From a virus (Duplodnaviria; Caudoviricetes), in the IMG/VR virus record IMGVR_UViG_3300021185_001469, positions 1 through 48,204 of that record: a stretch of 48,204 nt of DNA. The stretch is one strand, 5' to 3'. This document shows positions 23,546 to 31,894 of this stretch, in pieces. The notes under the pieces were generated by a model, which had not been told where the DNA came from, searched no databases, and was given only the letters and a program-made list of their open reading frames with translations. The stretch's first letter is position 1. Each line of letters starts with the position of its first letter. The position numbers and the translations under genes are program-made.

Positions 23546-25782
23546 TGGGTATTTTGGACAATATAGCGGCCATTTTGGGGCGCGGGCAGTCTTTCGAGCG
23601 CAAAGAAGCGCCACAGGTTCATATCAGCGGTCCGTCATATAGCGGAACAAAAAAAGATAATTTCAAAACTTTTGCACAAGAAGGTTACAAGGAAAACGCT
23701 ATTGTTTATCGTTGCGTGAATGAAATCGCTAACGGCGCAGCTTCGATCCCTTTTTGCGTTTATCAGGGAGATATAAAGCTCGAAAGCCATCCGCTGATTT
23801 CTCTCTTGGAACGGCCAAACCCGCTTCAAGCTGGTATTGAATACTTCCAAAGCCTCTATTCCTACTTGCTTCTGTCTGGGAACTCTTATGCTTTACAATC
23901 AGACATAAATGGCGTTCCGCGTGAATTGCATATTTTGCGGCCAGATCGAATTGAAATTGAACCAAGCTCAACCGCAATTCCAAAGGCTTACAAATACAAG
24001 CTTGGCTCTGAGGTCGTAAGAACCTATCCCGCTGACCCAGTAACGGGAGGGGCAGAGGTTAAGCACTTCAAGCTTTGGAACCCTCTTGATGATTATCTTG
24101 GGCTTTCTCCATTAGCCGCAGCGGCTTTGTCTATTGATCAGAACAACATGGTTTCCAAGCATAACATTGCGCTTCTGGCTAATGGAGCGCGGCCATCTGG
24201 CGCTATTGTTTTTAAACCCGCAGATGTCGCTGGCAATCGCTTAATGTTATCAGATGGACAGCGTGAGCAGTTGCAAAGCGATCTCGCCAATAGGTTCAAG
24301 GGCGTCAACAATGCAGGGCGTCCGATGTTGCTTGAGGGTGATTTTGATTGGAAAGAAATGGGGATGTCTCCAAAGGACATGGATTTCTTGAGCCAAGCAA
24401 ATATGACTGCAAAAGATATTGCGCTTTGTTTTGGTGTTCCCTCTCAGTTGATCGGAATACCAGACGCGCAAACCTATGCGAATGTCCAAGAGGCAAGGCT
24501 GGCGCTATACGAGGAAACGATTATTCCTTTGGCGCGTAGGATCGAAAGCGATTTAAACGAATGGCTGGCCCCAGCGTTTGGCGATGATATTAAAATTTCA
24601 TATGACATTGACGCCATCCCAGCCATGACAGAGCGGAGGCGCAGGGTTTATGAAAATGTTACTGCGGCAGTTAGGGATGGGATTATCTCTCGCAATGAGG
24701 CGCGTGATAGATTGGGCCTTGAACCCATCAGCGGGGGAGATGAAGTCTTTATCGCTGCAAATCTATTCCCATTGGGTGGACCAGAAGTCGCAGAAGATGA
24801 AGGACAAGATCCAGAAGATGCTGGGAAAGAAGCCTACGGCGAAACCGAAATAAAAAAAAAGAGTGAAGTAGCCAAAGACACTTTCACAACCAGAGCGGAG
24901 GCATCAGCGCGGGCTTCTGAGATTGGATGCGTTGGCACTCACCAGCACACAGTTGACGGTGAAGCGGTCTTTATGCCTTGCGACACTCACGCAGAATATG
25001 ACCGATTAGCCAAGGATCTTGACCGATATGCCAGCCCCGAAGATATGCGTCACCGCAGAAAAGAAGATGATGATGAGGGAAAAGCTGAGAGCGATGTAAA
25101 CACAACCCCCACTGACGCTATGGCAAAGAACGCGGAGCGCGGTTTAAATCTTCGCAAAGAATACGGGCGCGGTGGAACTCAAGTTGGTGTTTCGCGGGCC
25201 AATCAGCTTAAATCAAAAGAGCGTTTAAGCCCCAGAACCGTCCGTAGAATGCACAGCTACTTTTCCAGACATGAGGTAGACAAGCGAGCGGAAGGCTTCC
25301 GTAGGGGCGAGGCTGGATGGCCTAGCGCGGGCTTAGTCGCATGGCTTCTCTGGGGCGGTGATGAGGGCCAGAGTTGGGCGGCTCGCAAGGTCAAGGAGTT
25401 AGATAAAGAACGTGATAAGGCTCAAGAGTTGGCTGCATATATGGAAGATTTGCAAATTGAGGAAAAAGCGCCGATTAAAATCTCAGAGGCAGTTAAAAAA
25501 GGTTTAGCCGAAAAGGTCAAAGACCATAACGAAGAACATGGCGATAAGAAGGGCAAGAGGGTCACGCAGAGGATGCTGGAGGCGGTTTTCCGTCGAGGCG
25601 TGGGGGCTTACAACACAAACCCCGCTTCTGTGCGTCCTAGCGTTAATTCTGCGGATCAATGGGCATACGCTCGCGTCAATGTATTCTTGCAAGCCGTAAG
25701 GACAGGGAAATATAAAAGCGGAAAGTTTGACACTGATCTTTTACCAGAAGGGCATCCGCTAAAATCCAAAGATAAGAAGTAG
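23545..25782 (+). CDS. HK97-family portal protein with ~305-aa multi-domain C-terminal extension
   Basis: VYRCV..IA, HPL..LL.RPNP, LRPDR, GLSPL.AA, NGARPSG, DF......IA..FGVP..L.G, N..EARL, NEAR..LGL. Confidence 0.95.
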   Translation: MGILDNIAAILGRGQSFERKEAPQVHISGPSYSGTKKDNFKTFAQEGYKENAIVYRCVNEIANGAASIPFCVYQGDIKLESHPLISLLERPNPLQAGIEYFQSLYSYLLLSGNSYALQSDINGVPRELHILRPDRIEIEPSSTAIPKAYKYKLGSEVVRTYPADPVTGGAEVKHFKLWNPLDDYLGLSPLAAAALSIDQNNMVSKHNIALLANGARPSGAIVFKPADVAGNRLMLSDGQREQLQSDLANRFKGVNNAGRPMLLEGDFDWKEMGMSPKDMDFLSQANMTAKDIALCFGVPSQLIGIPDAQTYANVQEARLALYEETIIPLARRIESDLNEWLAPAFGDDIKISYDIDAIPAMTERRRRVYENVTAAVRDGIISRNEARDRLGLEPISGGDEVFIAANLFPLGGPEVAEDEGQDPEDAGKEAYGETEIKKKSEVAKDTFTTRAEASARASEIGCVGTHQHTVDGEAVFMPCDTHAEYDRLAKDLDRYASPEDMRHRRKEDDDEGKAESDVNTTPTDAMAKNAERGLNLRKEYGRGGTQVGVSRANQLKSKERLSPRTVRRMHSYFSRHEVDKRAEGFRRGEAGWPSAGLVAWLLWGGDEGQSWAARKVKELDKERDKAQELAAYMEDLQIEEKAPIKISEAVKKGLAEKVKDHNEEHGDKKGKRVTQRMLEAVFRRGVGAYNTNPASVRPSVNSADQWAYARVNVFLQAVRTGKYKSGKFDTDLLPEGHPLKSKDKK

Positions 25783-25783
25783 A

Positions 25784-26173
25784 CTATTCATCTTCGGTGA
25801 ATATGCGCTTGTATTCTTCCTCTGTGATTATCCCGTATTCTTTGGCTTCACTCGCTATGATCAGTGACCACTTTTCGCCATCTGGTCCATTAAGAGCTTG
25901 GTCAAACCCTCGCTCTAAATCCTCTATCATGTAAGCTTCAATGCAGTTGTAAGCCTCATCAAGTTCTTGATCTTTGCCTTCAAGGTTCCAAAAATGGTAT
26001 GCAGACATTCCCTTCATGAGGCTGACGGTTTTTGGAAAATCTGATCCCAAAATTTCCAAAGACAAAATTCGCATTTTAAATTCTGGGTCATTTGATTTTC
26101 CCAATTCTATTATTTTCTTAACGTAATCTGAGAACCTTTCGGCCCTCAGAATAAATTGCTCCGATACTTTCAT
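25784..26173 (-). CDS. Hypothetical protein
   Basis: Last gene of the leftward island; TAATG coupling. Confidence 0.7.
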   Translation of the reverse strand: MKVSEQFILRAERFSDYVKKIIELGKSNDPEFKMRILSLEILGSDFPKTVSLMKGMSAYHFWNLEGKDQELDEAYNCIEAYMIEDLERGFDQALNGPDGEKWSLIIASEAKEYGIITEEEYKRIFTEDE

Positions 26174-26265
26174 TATGCCCATCCCATGCTAACAGCAAAG
26201 ATCCAGCCCACAGACGCGGCACCGATCACCGCGAAGATAATAGCATCTTGTTTCCAATTTGTCAT
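26173..26265 (-). CDS. 30-aa single-TM peptide (not in ORF track)
   Basis: MTNWKQDAIIFAVIGAASVGWIFAVSMGWA; ATGA and TAATG coupling on both sides. Confidence 0.6.
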   Translation of the reverse strand: MTNWKQDAIIFAVIGAASVGWIFAVSMGWA

Positions 26266-26453
26266 AGCGTCCACCTTCCATAATCAGCGGCTTTCTCATC
26301 CATAAAGCAATGGCCGCAAGCTACAAAGCTACTTTTGAACCACTCGCGGAAGGTTTCACCCTCATGCTTGATTTCATCAAAGTAGATTTTCAGAGCGGCA
26401 AGATCCTCACCGCTCAATTCAACTGTATGCTCAATTTTGATTTTCATATTCAT
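26262..26453 (-). CDS. Hypothetical protein
   Basis: Overlapping operon member. Confidence 0.65.
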   Translation of the reverse strand: MNMKIKIEHTVELSGEDLAALKIYFDEIKHEGETFREWFKSSFVACGHCFMDEKAADYGRWTL

Positions 26454-26652
26454 CTTCCTTCAAGTCTATTTTAACACATAAATCATTGAGGTTGGTGGAA
26501 ACGATTGGCGGCTGTTTATCTCTGTAAGCTTTCCAGATGGTTTGATTGTACATCAATCGAGATCCGCTATTGATCCTCCATCCTCGGTATTCCCAAGGAT
26601 GGTCAAGATCACCTTTGCGTCTGGTCTTTTTTAATTTGGGCGTCATTACCAA
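26431..26652 (-). CDS. Hypothetical protein
   Basis: Overlapping operon member. Confidence 0.65.
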   Translation of the reverse strand: MVMTPKLKKTRRKGDLDHPWEYRGWRINSGSRLMYNQTIWKAYRDKQPPIVSTNLNDLCVKIDLKEDEYENQN

Positions 26653-26978
26653 ACCTCTCCTTCCTCCATGAAATCAATGGCGTCATAAATTCCCAGCGGA
26701 GCGGAGAGAGATCCATCGTCCATGATGCGGCGAATAGCAAAAGTTTTTGCGCCGTGATGCGAGAGCCAGCGCTTCCCAAGCTTCATGGCGGTGGTTGGGC
26801 TGATAGCATCGAACTCTATCATGTTACGGTGGTCAAGCGGCCACCCAAGCGCGGTCTGCGGAACTTCCACATGGATGACGCACTTGTTACCCCTGCCTGA
26901 TCTTACCTTGCCATCAAGACGCGCTAAGCGCTTTTTGGCTTGTTCGTCAGAAAGAAGAAATTTAATTGAATGTGGCAT
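26646..26978 (-). CDS. Hypothetical protein
   Basis: GGAGG RBS. Confidence 0.75.
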   Translation of the reverse strand: MPHSIKFLLSDEQAKKRLARLDGKVRSGRGNKCVIHVEVPQTALGWPLDHRNMIEFDAISPTTAMKLGKRWLSHHGAKTFAIRRIMDDGSLSAPLGIYDAIDFMEEGEVW

Positions 26979-27021
26979 TTTTTACCCTCCAAGGTTGTGG
27001 GGGATTTCTCCCCCGTTTGAT

Positions 27022-27387
27022 TTATGCGGCCAGTTTATAAGGCTTTTCATATTTTCCGATGTTGATGTCGATATAATGGCTTCTATGGAAATAGTCGCTC
27101 ATGCTGTCATCATGGTTGAAGAACTCCGGTCCTTCCATTGCGGCTTTAAGCTCTTTCAAGAAATCGCGGGCAACTGGGTGATCTGCATAATGGTCATCAA
27201 TCCAGTGAGTGTTGACTTGATAGTCAAGCGGGTGCTTCATGGCGAAATCAATCGGCCCCTCCTTGAGCGTGACAATCAAAGTCATGTGATGGCGAACCGC
27301 AATGCTTGCCTTCATGTCGTACTTTTTCAGAACGGCTTTGATGGCTGGAGCCAGCGCTTTCTTTTTTTCTTGGTTTACATATGCCAT
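27022..27387 (-). CDS. Conserved phage protein, possibly LPD29-like
   Basis: DDSMSDYF..S.Y.DI.IG motif; AGGAGG RBS. Confidence 0.7.
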   Translation of the reverse strand: MAYVNQEKKKALAPAIKAVLKKYDMKASIAVRHHMTLIVTLKEGPIDFAMKHPLDYQVNTHWIDDHYADHPVARDFLKELKAAMEGPEFFNHDDSMSDYFHRSHYIDINIGKYEKPYKLAA

Positions 27388-27401
27388 TTATTTTTCCTCC
27401 T

Positions 27402-27632
27402 TTAGGCTATTTTTTTATAGTCATGGTAGCGTTTAGAATGAACCGCGCCCCGTGGGCCAAGCTCTACACAGAGCCAAAGCAAATCTTTATTTCTAACTTT
27501 AACGTGGCGATAACCCGCGCCCATTTCATCAACATGAATTACATCAATCGGTTGACCCCAGATCTGACGCATCTTAGAGCGCTGCGCCTTGTTTAACTTT
27601 TCGATTTCGATCTTTTTCACTTCGGGTCTCAT
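27402..27632 (-). CDS. Hypothetical protein
   Basis: AGGAGG RBS before MRPE. Confidence 0.7.
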   Translation of the reverse strand: MRPEVKKIEIEKLNKAQRSKMRQIWGQPIDVIHVDEMGAGYRHVKVRNKDLLWLCVELGPRGAVHSKRYHDYKKIA

Positions 27633-27656
27633 TTGTTTTTTCCTCCTTACAAAACT

Positions 27657-27698
27657 TATATGGGGGTTGATGCCCACAATGTCAATACTTTATTTACA
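27657..27698 (-). promoter_or_regulatory. Early promoter with conserved motif (copy 3)
   Basis: TGTAAA-N7-TTGACA-N17-CATATA. Confidence 0.65.
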
Positions 27699-27725
27699 AA
27701 TAAGTGACACTGCGGGCAACTTTTT

Positions 27726-28082
27726 TTATGAGCCTAGCGCGTCCTCATATCGGTTCATGAAAACAGCCATTGCGACAGAGAGATCTTTGAGGCTGGCATT
27801 CTCAGCGCATTCTCTGATCGTGACCCAAGCGTGTGGCTTGCCTTGCGGGTAAACGCGGGAGGCCAGATCACCAACAGGGGCATCGGCTGGATCTGTGCCG
27901 CTAGGGGCCACAGGAGCGCCCGTGAGTGCGTATTTGCTAAGGCGCTGCATGATAGGGGCCAACAGAGCGGCAACCTCATCAGGCGATGCCTTATTGCTGG
28001 ACGCTGATTTTTCGATCAGGTCGAGATAGTCGCACATTTTGGCAACGCGGCCATGATTTGAATTGTTAGAAAAGTTTGACAT
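27726..28082 (-). CDS. Hypothetical protein
   Basis: GGAGG RBS. Confidence 0.7.
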   Translation of the reverse strand: MSNFSNNSNHGRVAKMCDYLDLIEKSASSNKASPDEVAALLAPIMQRLSKYALTGAPVAPSGTDPADAPVGDLASRVYPQGKPHAWVTIRECAENASLKDLSVAMAVFMNRYEDALGS

Positions 28083-28206
28083 TTTTTTGCCTCCATAGGC
28101 TGTTGAAATTATAAGAGAGCGGGTGCGACTATTGCCGCGTTGATTATTAGAATGACGATGACTTTGTAGATCAGCGGCAAAGTCTCAAGCCAAACAAAGA
28201 TCCGGT

Positions 28207-28428
28207 CTAGCATTTTTCTTCCTCCTTTCTTCTTAGCAGTTCCAGCATATAGCCCCGATACATCTCAGAGCAGATTTCGCTGTTGACGATTTCGTAAGCC
28301 TTCGCAATCTCTGGATCTGCTTTGTCCAGTTCCAAATGTTTGACAGTTGCGAGACCAACCAGAATTTCAGAATGACCAAGTGCAGCACCAATCTTGCGAA
28401 TGATTTTATAGGCGGCTTTTTTGTGCAT
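28207..28428 (-). CDS. Hypothetical protein
   Basis: AGGAG RBS after a UUCG hairpin. Confidence 0.7.
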   Translation of the reverse strand: MHKKAAYKIIRKIGAALGHSEILVGLATVKHLELDKADPEIAKAYEIVNSEICSEMYRGYMLELLRRKEEEKC

Positions 28429-28474
28429 CTAATTTTCTCCTTGGGTTGGTGGGTGGGGCCGAAGCCCCTTCCTG

Positions 28475-28633
28475 TTAGCCTGTGAAGGCGTTTTTTGTAG
28501 CGATGGCAAATGACACGAAATCAAAAGCGGCTTGGAACCAGTTGCCTTCTGCGGCGCTCATGCAAAGGCATGAAAGTGCGTCCATTGCGGTTACTGCGGC
28601 TTCGGCGTCTTTGATGATTACTTTGTTGGTCAT
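28475..28633 (-). CDS. 52-aa hypothetical protein (not in ORF track)
   Basis: MTNKVIIKDAEAAV...KNAFTG; GAGG RBS; directly after promoter copy 4. Confidence 0.6.
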   Translation of the reverse strand: MTNKVIIKDAEAAVTAMDALSCLCMSAAEGNWFQAAFDFVSFAIATKNAFTG

Positions 28634-28658
28634 TTGTTTTTCCTCTCTCTATGTAACT

Positions 28659-28700
28659 GTTTTAACAATTACAGACAGGGGTGTCAACAAATTATTTACA
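28659..28700 (-). promoter_or_regulatory. Early promoter with conserved motif (copy 4)
   Basis: TGTAAA-N7-TTGACA-N17-TAAAAC. Confidence 0.7.
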
Positions 28701-28761
28701 AATAAATCAAAAAAAAGCAAAAAAAATGAAAAAAGTTTGGGGGGATGGTTTCCCCCCTCCC

Positions 28762-29358
28762 TTAAACGGCTTCTTCCTTTTCTCTTGCTAGAGCATCAGA
28801 TGCGGCCATGATCACAGCCAGCGGCGTCATCTTTCCATCCAAGTAATAGAAGCAGCGCGTGAAGGTCGTGCCATGCTCGTTTGTGACAAGATGGGGGGTC
28901 GCGCTAACTGGAAGCCCGCCGAACAATCTCCCGATTTCGATTGCCTCATGATATTGGGCCATCCGCTTTTCGATCATTTCATGAACCGTTTTAGTTACCT
29001 CCTTGTGCTTCTTTTCAATCCTGTCGCTCTTGGGGGCTGGCTTGATGACATCCATCTCTTTCAATTCAGCGCGAAGGGCCACAAGCTTATCTAGGTCGGC
29101 ATGAAGCGCGAGATCGAAAAGGCGCATGTGCTTTTCGCGGATTTGATGAAGATCAAAAGGAATGGCCCAACAATCTTCGCGTGAAAGGTGATCTAAAGAA
29201 AACTTGACGTTTGATCTTAGCAAAAGCCTGTAAGCCCCGCTGACATATGCCAGCGCATCTTTCTTGTGCGACTTAGCGGCAAAAGTTCCATCTTCTTGGA
29301 TCAGGCTGAAAGCTCTGTCCAGATAATCTTGAATTTTTTTTGCTCCCATAATGTGCAT
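28762..29358 (-). CDS. Hypothetical protein
   Basis: AGGAGG RBS; 198-aa ORF. Confidence 0.8.
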   Translation of the reverse strand: MHIMGAKKIQDYLDRAFSLIQEDGTFAAKSHKKDALAYVSGAYRLLLRSNVKFSLDHLSREDCWAIPFDLHQIREKHMRLFDLALHADLDKLVALRAELKEMDVIKPAPKSDRIEKKHKEVTKTVHEMIEKRMAQYHEAIEIGRLFGGLPVSATPHLVTNEHGTTFTRCFYYLDGKMTPLAVIMAASDALAREKEEAV

Positions 29359-29368
29359 TTTTTCCTCC

Positions 29369-29554
29369 TTACCAATTTATTGCGATTTCTATTCCATCTT
29401 CCAGATGCCAAACGCCATCTGCGCCAATGTCTCTGGGATGATCTTCTTTAAGCATGGCTAAAGCGGCTAGAAGATTTTCAGCTTCGTAATAGCCCATCAT
29501 GACGCCATATTCGCCTTCGATTACATAGTCATAAACGTGAAGAACTTTTTCCAT
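29369..29554 (-). CDS. Acidic hypothetical protein
   Basis: AGGAGG RBS; directly after promoter copy 5. Confidence 0.7.
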   Translation of the reverse strand: MEKVLHVYDYVIEGEYGVMMGYYEAENLLAALAMLKEDHPRDIGADGVWHLEDGIEIAINW

Positions 29555-29577
29555 CTCTTTCCTCCTTTTCTATTGTT

Positions 29578-29619
29578 AATATAGGAACTGCCTCCATATA
29601 TGTCAACAAATTATTTACA
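29578..29619 (-). promoter_or_regulatory. Early promoter with conserved motif (copy 5)
   Basis: TGTAAA-N7-TTGACA-N17-TATATT. Confidence 0.75.
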
Positions 29620-29707
29620 AATAAATTAATGATCCTGGGATTATGTAATAAAATCAATAACTTAGCTATTATCTTTTTTTGATAAACTAAGCGTGGTATA
29701 AGAGTTT

Positions 29708-31594
29708 ATGGCTTTTCCAGTGTATATCAAAGCGGGCAAAACCCGCCTCTCAATCGCTAAAGAGATCAGGGAAGTGAACCGTTTGAGAATGGGTTACGAG
29801 AAAAGCATGGCGCGAAAGCTCCAAAGCCTTTTCCTCAAGACAGCCAGACAAGCGGCCAAGGCTTACGAGGTCGGCAGCAATATCGAAGCGGCCACCAGCG
29901 ATCTTGAGGCAGAGCTTGGGGCGGTATTTAGGGCGACATATACAAGCGTGATTGATAAGTTTGCCAGCCGTGTCACGGAGAACAGAAAGGCAGAAAGCCA
30001 ATTTCAAAGCCTGATCTTTCAATATTACGCAAGAGAGGGCGCATCAAAGGTTGCGGGTGTTGCGGCAACAACCAGACGAGGCATTTTAAAAGCCATACAG
30101 CTAGGGGAAACTGAGGGGCTAGGGGTTGATAAGACAGCCAAGCTGATCGTTGACCGCACAGGCGGCACAATCGGGCGCTCAAGGGCGGCGACTATTGCAA
30201 GGACAGAAACCCATGCGGCTGCGTCTTTTGCCACTGACGAAGCAAACAGGGAACTCGGGTTGCCAGCACAAAAGAAGCGTTGGGTCTCTGTTGGCGACAG
30301 TAGGACAAGGCCAAGCCATGCAGCGGCTAACGGTCAAGAGGTCGGTATTGATGAGCCTTTTATCATCAGAGACAAGGGCGTTGAGATAGAAATGAAATAC
30401 CCTCACGATGGATCGGGCGGGGCTTCAAACAATATTAATTGCAGATGCTTGGCAGTTTATTTCACTGATGAGGACGATCTATTTGACGATGGCGGCGCGG
30501 AGATACCCGTTGAACCTGTTTCTCCCGCTGCGCTTGCTGTTCCAGATGCGCCCGTTGTCTCCATTCCAGATGATCCATTTGGGCCAAATGCTTTATTTGT
30601 ATTGCCAAGGAATACAGCGCTTAATGATGCCAATATTCCAATTCCCAAGAAAAGAAAAAGCTTAGATAAAATTCACGATTATGTAGACAGCAAGTTTGCA
30701 GATCCAATAGCTCAAAGAGAAATAAACGAAAATGTTGGCATTAATTGGACGCGCAGAAATCCATCCATGATAGGTAGCGTTAAGCTTTCTCAGGCCACCC
30801 CAAGGGCTTTAGCCTATGTAGCCCAGACCGTCGAAGAATTGGAATATATGGGAAAATATATGGGCGTAATTCCGCTGCGCGGCATCGTTCATGGAAGGGG
30901 AGACCGCAACGGGGATCAGGGCGGCGGCGTAATGGGCCTAAACAAAGCGGCAATCAATGCTTATGCGGATGCTGCGGAAGGCAAAATTCCCGATTACGAT
31001 GATCTAGTTAAAAAACAAGATAAAGTGAGAGCGGAATTTAGAGAGGCCAAGATGGCTTGGTGGGAGCATAGGCAAGATAATTATCCCTCCTATATGCGGC
31101 CAGAAGATTATGCAAGAATGGATAAAGATCCAATTCGCAAGAGATATGACGATTTATCTATTCAATACAAAGAGATCGCTAATCAATTCGCAATTACCGA
31201 CAATTATAGACGCAGGGGCGGGGAAAATATTCCTTACAAAATTGGGGATGATCTGTCTAAAAGGCCGTGGTCCACAAAGTCTCACTTCACTGACAATTTA
31301 GATAAAACAAGGGCTTTGATGTATCACGAATTTGGACATCATATCCATCAAACCTACAAGCTCAAAAGAAGGTACAATCGCGGAGAGAATTATCTTGAAA
31401 GCAAGCTAACCAAGTTTTGGAACAGTAAGGAAAAATCAGAATTGGATTATTACGCGCCCAGTAAATACGCCATGACAAATCAATATGAATATTTTGTTGA
31501 AAGTTTTGCCATGTATATGATGGACAGAACCGACTTGATCCATCCCGAAATGAAAACATTTATTGATGATTTGATAAAAGAGAGGGGAAAATAG
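29708..31594 (+). CDS. Mu gpF/SPP1 gp7-like minor head protein with C-terminal zincin metallopeptidase-like domain
   Basis: RA.TIARTE, K.W....D.RTR.SH...NGQ, INCRC; C-terminal HEFGH and SKYA.TN..EYF.ESF. Confidence 0.88.
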   Translation: MAFPVYIKAGKTRLSIAKEIREVNRLRMGYEKSMARKLQSLFLKTARQAAKAYEVGSNIEAATSDLEAELGAVFRATYTSVIDKFASRVTENRKAESQFQSLIFQYYAREGASKVAGVAATTRRGILKAIQLGETEGLGVDKTAKLIVDRTGGTIGRSRAATIARTETHAAASFATDEANRELGLPAQKKRWVSVGDSRTRPSHAAANGQEVGIDEPFIIRDKGVEIEMKYPHDGSGGASNNINCRCLAVYFTDEDDLFDDGGAEIPVEPVSPAALAVPDAPVVSIPDDPFGPNALFVLPRNTALNDANIPIPKKRKSLDKIHDYVDSKFADPIAQREINENVGINWTRRNPSMIGSVKLSQATPRALAYVAQTVEELEYMGKYMGVIPLRGIVHGRGDRNGDQGGGVMGLNKAAINAYADAAEGKIPDYDDLVKKQDKVRAEFREAKMAWWEHRQDNYPSYMRPEDYARMDKDPIRKRYDDLSIQYKEIANQFAITDNYRRRGGENIPYKIGDDLSKRPWSTKSHFTDNLDKTRALMYHEFGHHIHQTYKLKRRYNRGENYLESKLTKFWNSKEKSELDYYAPSKYAMTNQYEYFVESFAMYMMDRTDLIHPEMKTFIDDLIKERGK

Positions 31595-31595
31595 C

Positions 31596-31820
31596 ATGGT
31601 AACTGTTCAAGATGTTATAGACAGGGAGAAATTGCCTTATGCTCAGAAGTTGGAAAGAGCGAGGGAACTAACATCAACAGAAAAGAAGCTTTCTCTTGAC
31701 GAACAAGATGAGCTTACGGATTTAATAGTTGAGTTGGAACTGGGTGAAGCTGCGGCTATCATGGCGGCGATGGCTCAATTATACAATGAAGGGCTTCTTC
31801 CGGTTGATCCCGTTTATTGA
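31596..31820 (+). CDS. Small acidic protein, candidate immunity protein
   Basis: Starts 1 nt after the MuF-peptidase stop. Confidence 0.6.
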   Translation: MVTVQDVIDREKLPYAQKLERARELTSTEKKLSLDEQDELTDLIVELELGEAAAIMAAMAQLYNEGLLPVDPVY

Positions 31821-31894
31821 AAAAGCCAATGGTGGTTTAAATTACTTCTACAATATGGTAGATTGCGAATAATGAAAACGTGAGGACGCTCACC

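Noticed and set aside
26785-27405. 206-aa plus-strand ORF
   Set aside because: Antisense to two minus-strand genes with good RBSs; no recognisable motifs.
28090-28205. Structured RNA or tRNA in the intergenic gap
   Set aside because: Only one 7-bp stem (GACTTTG/CAAAGTC) is visible; no cloverleaf or T-loop.
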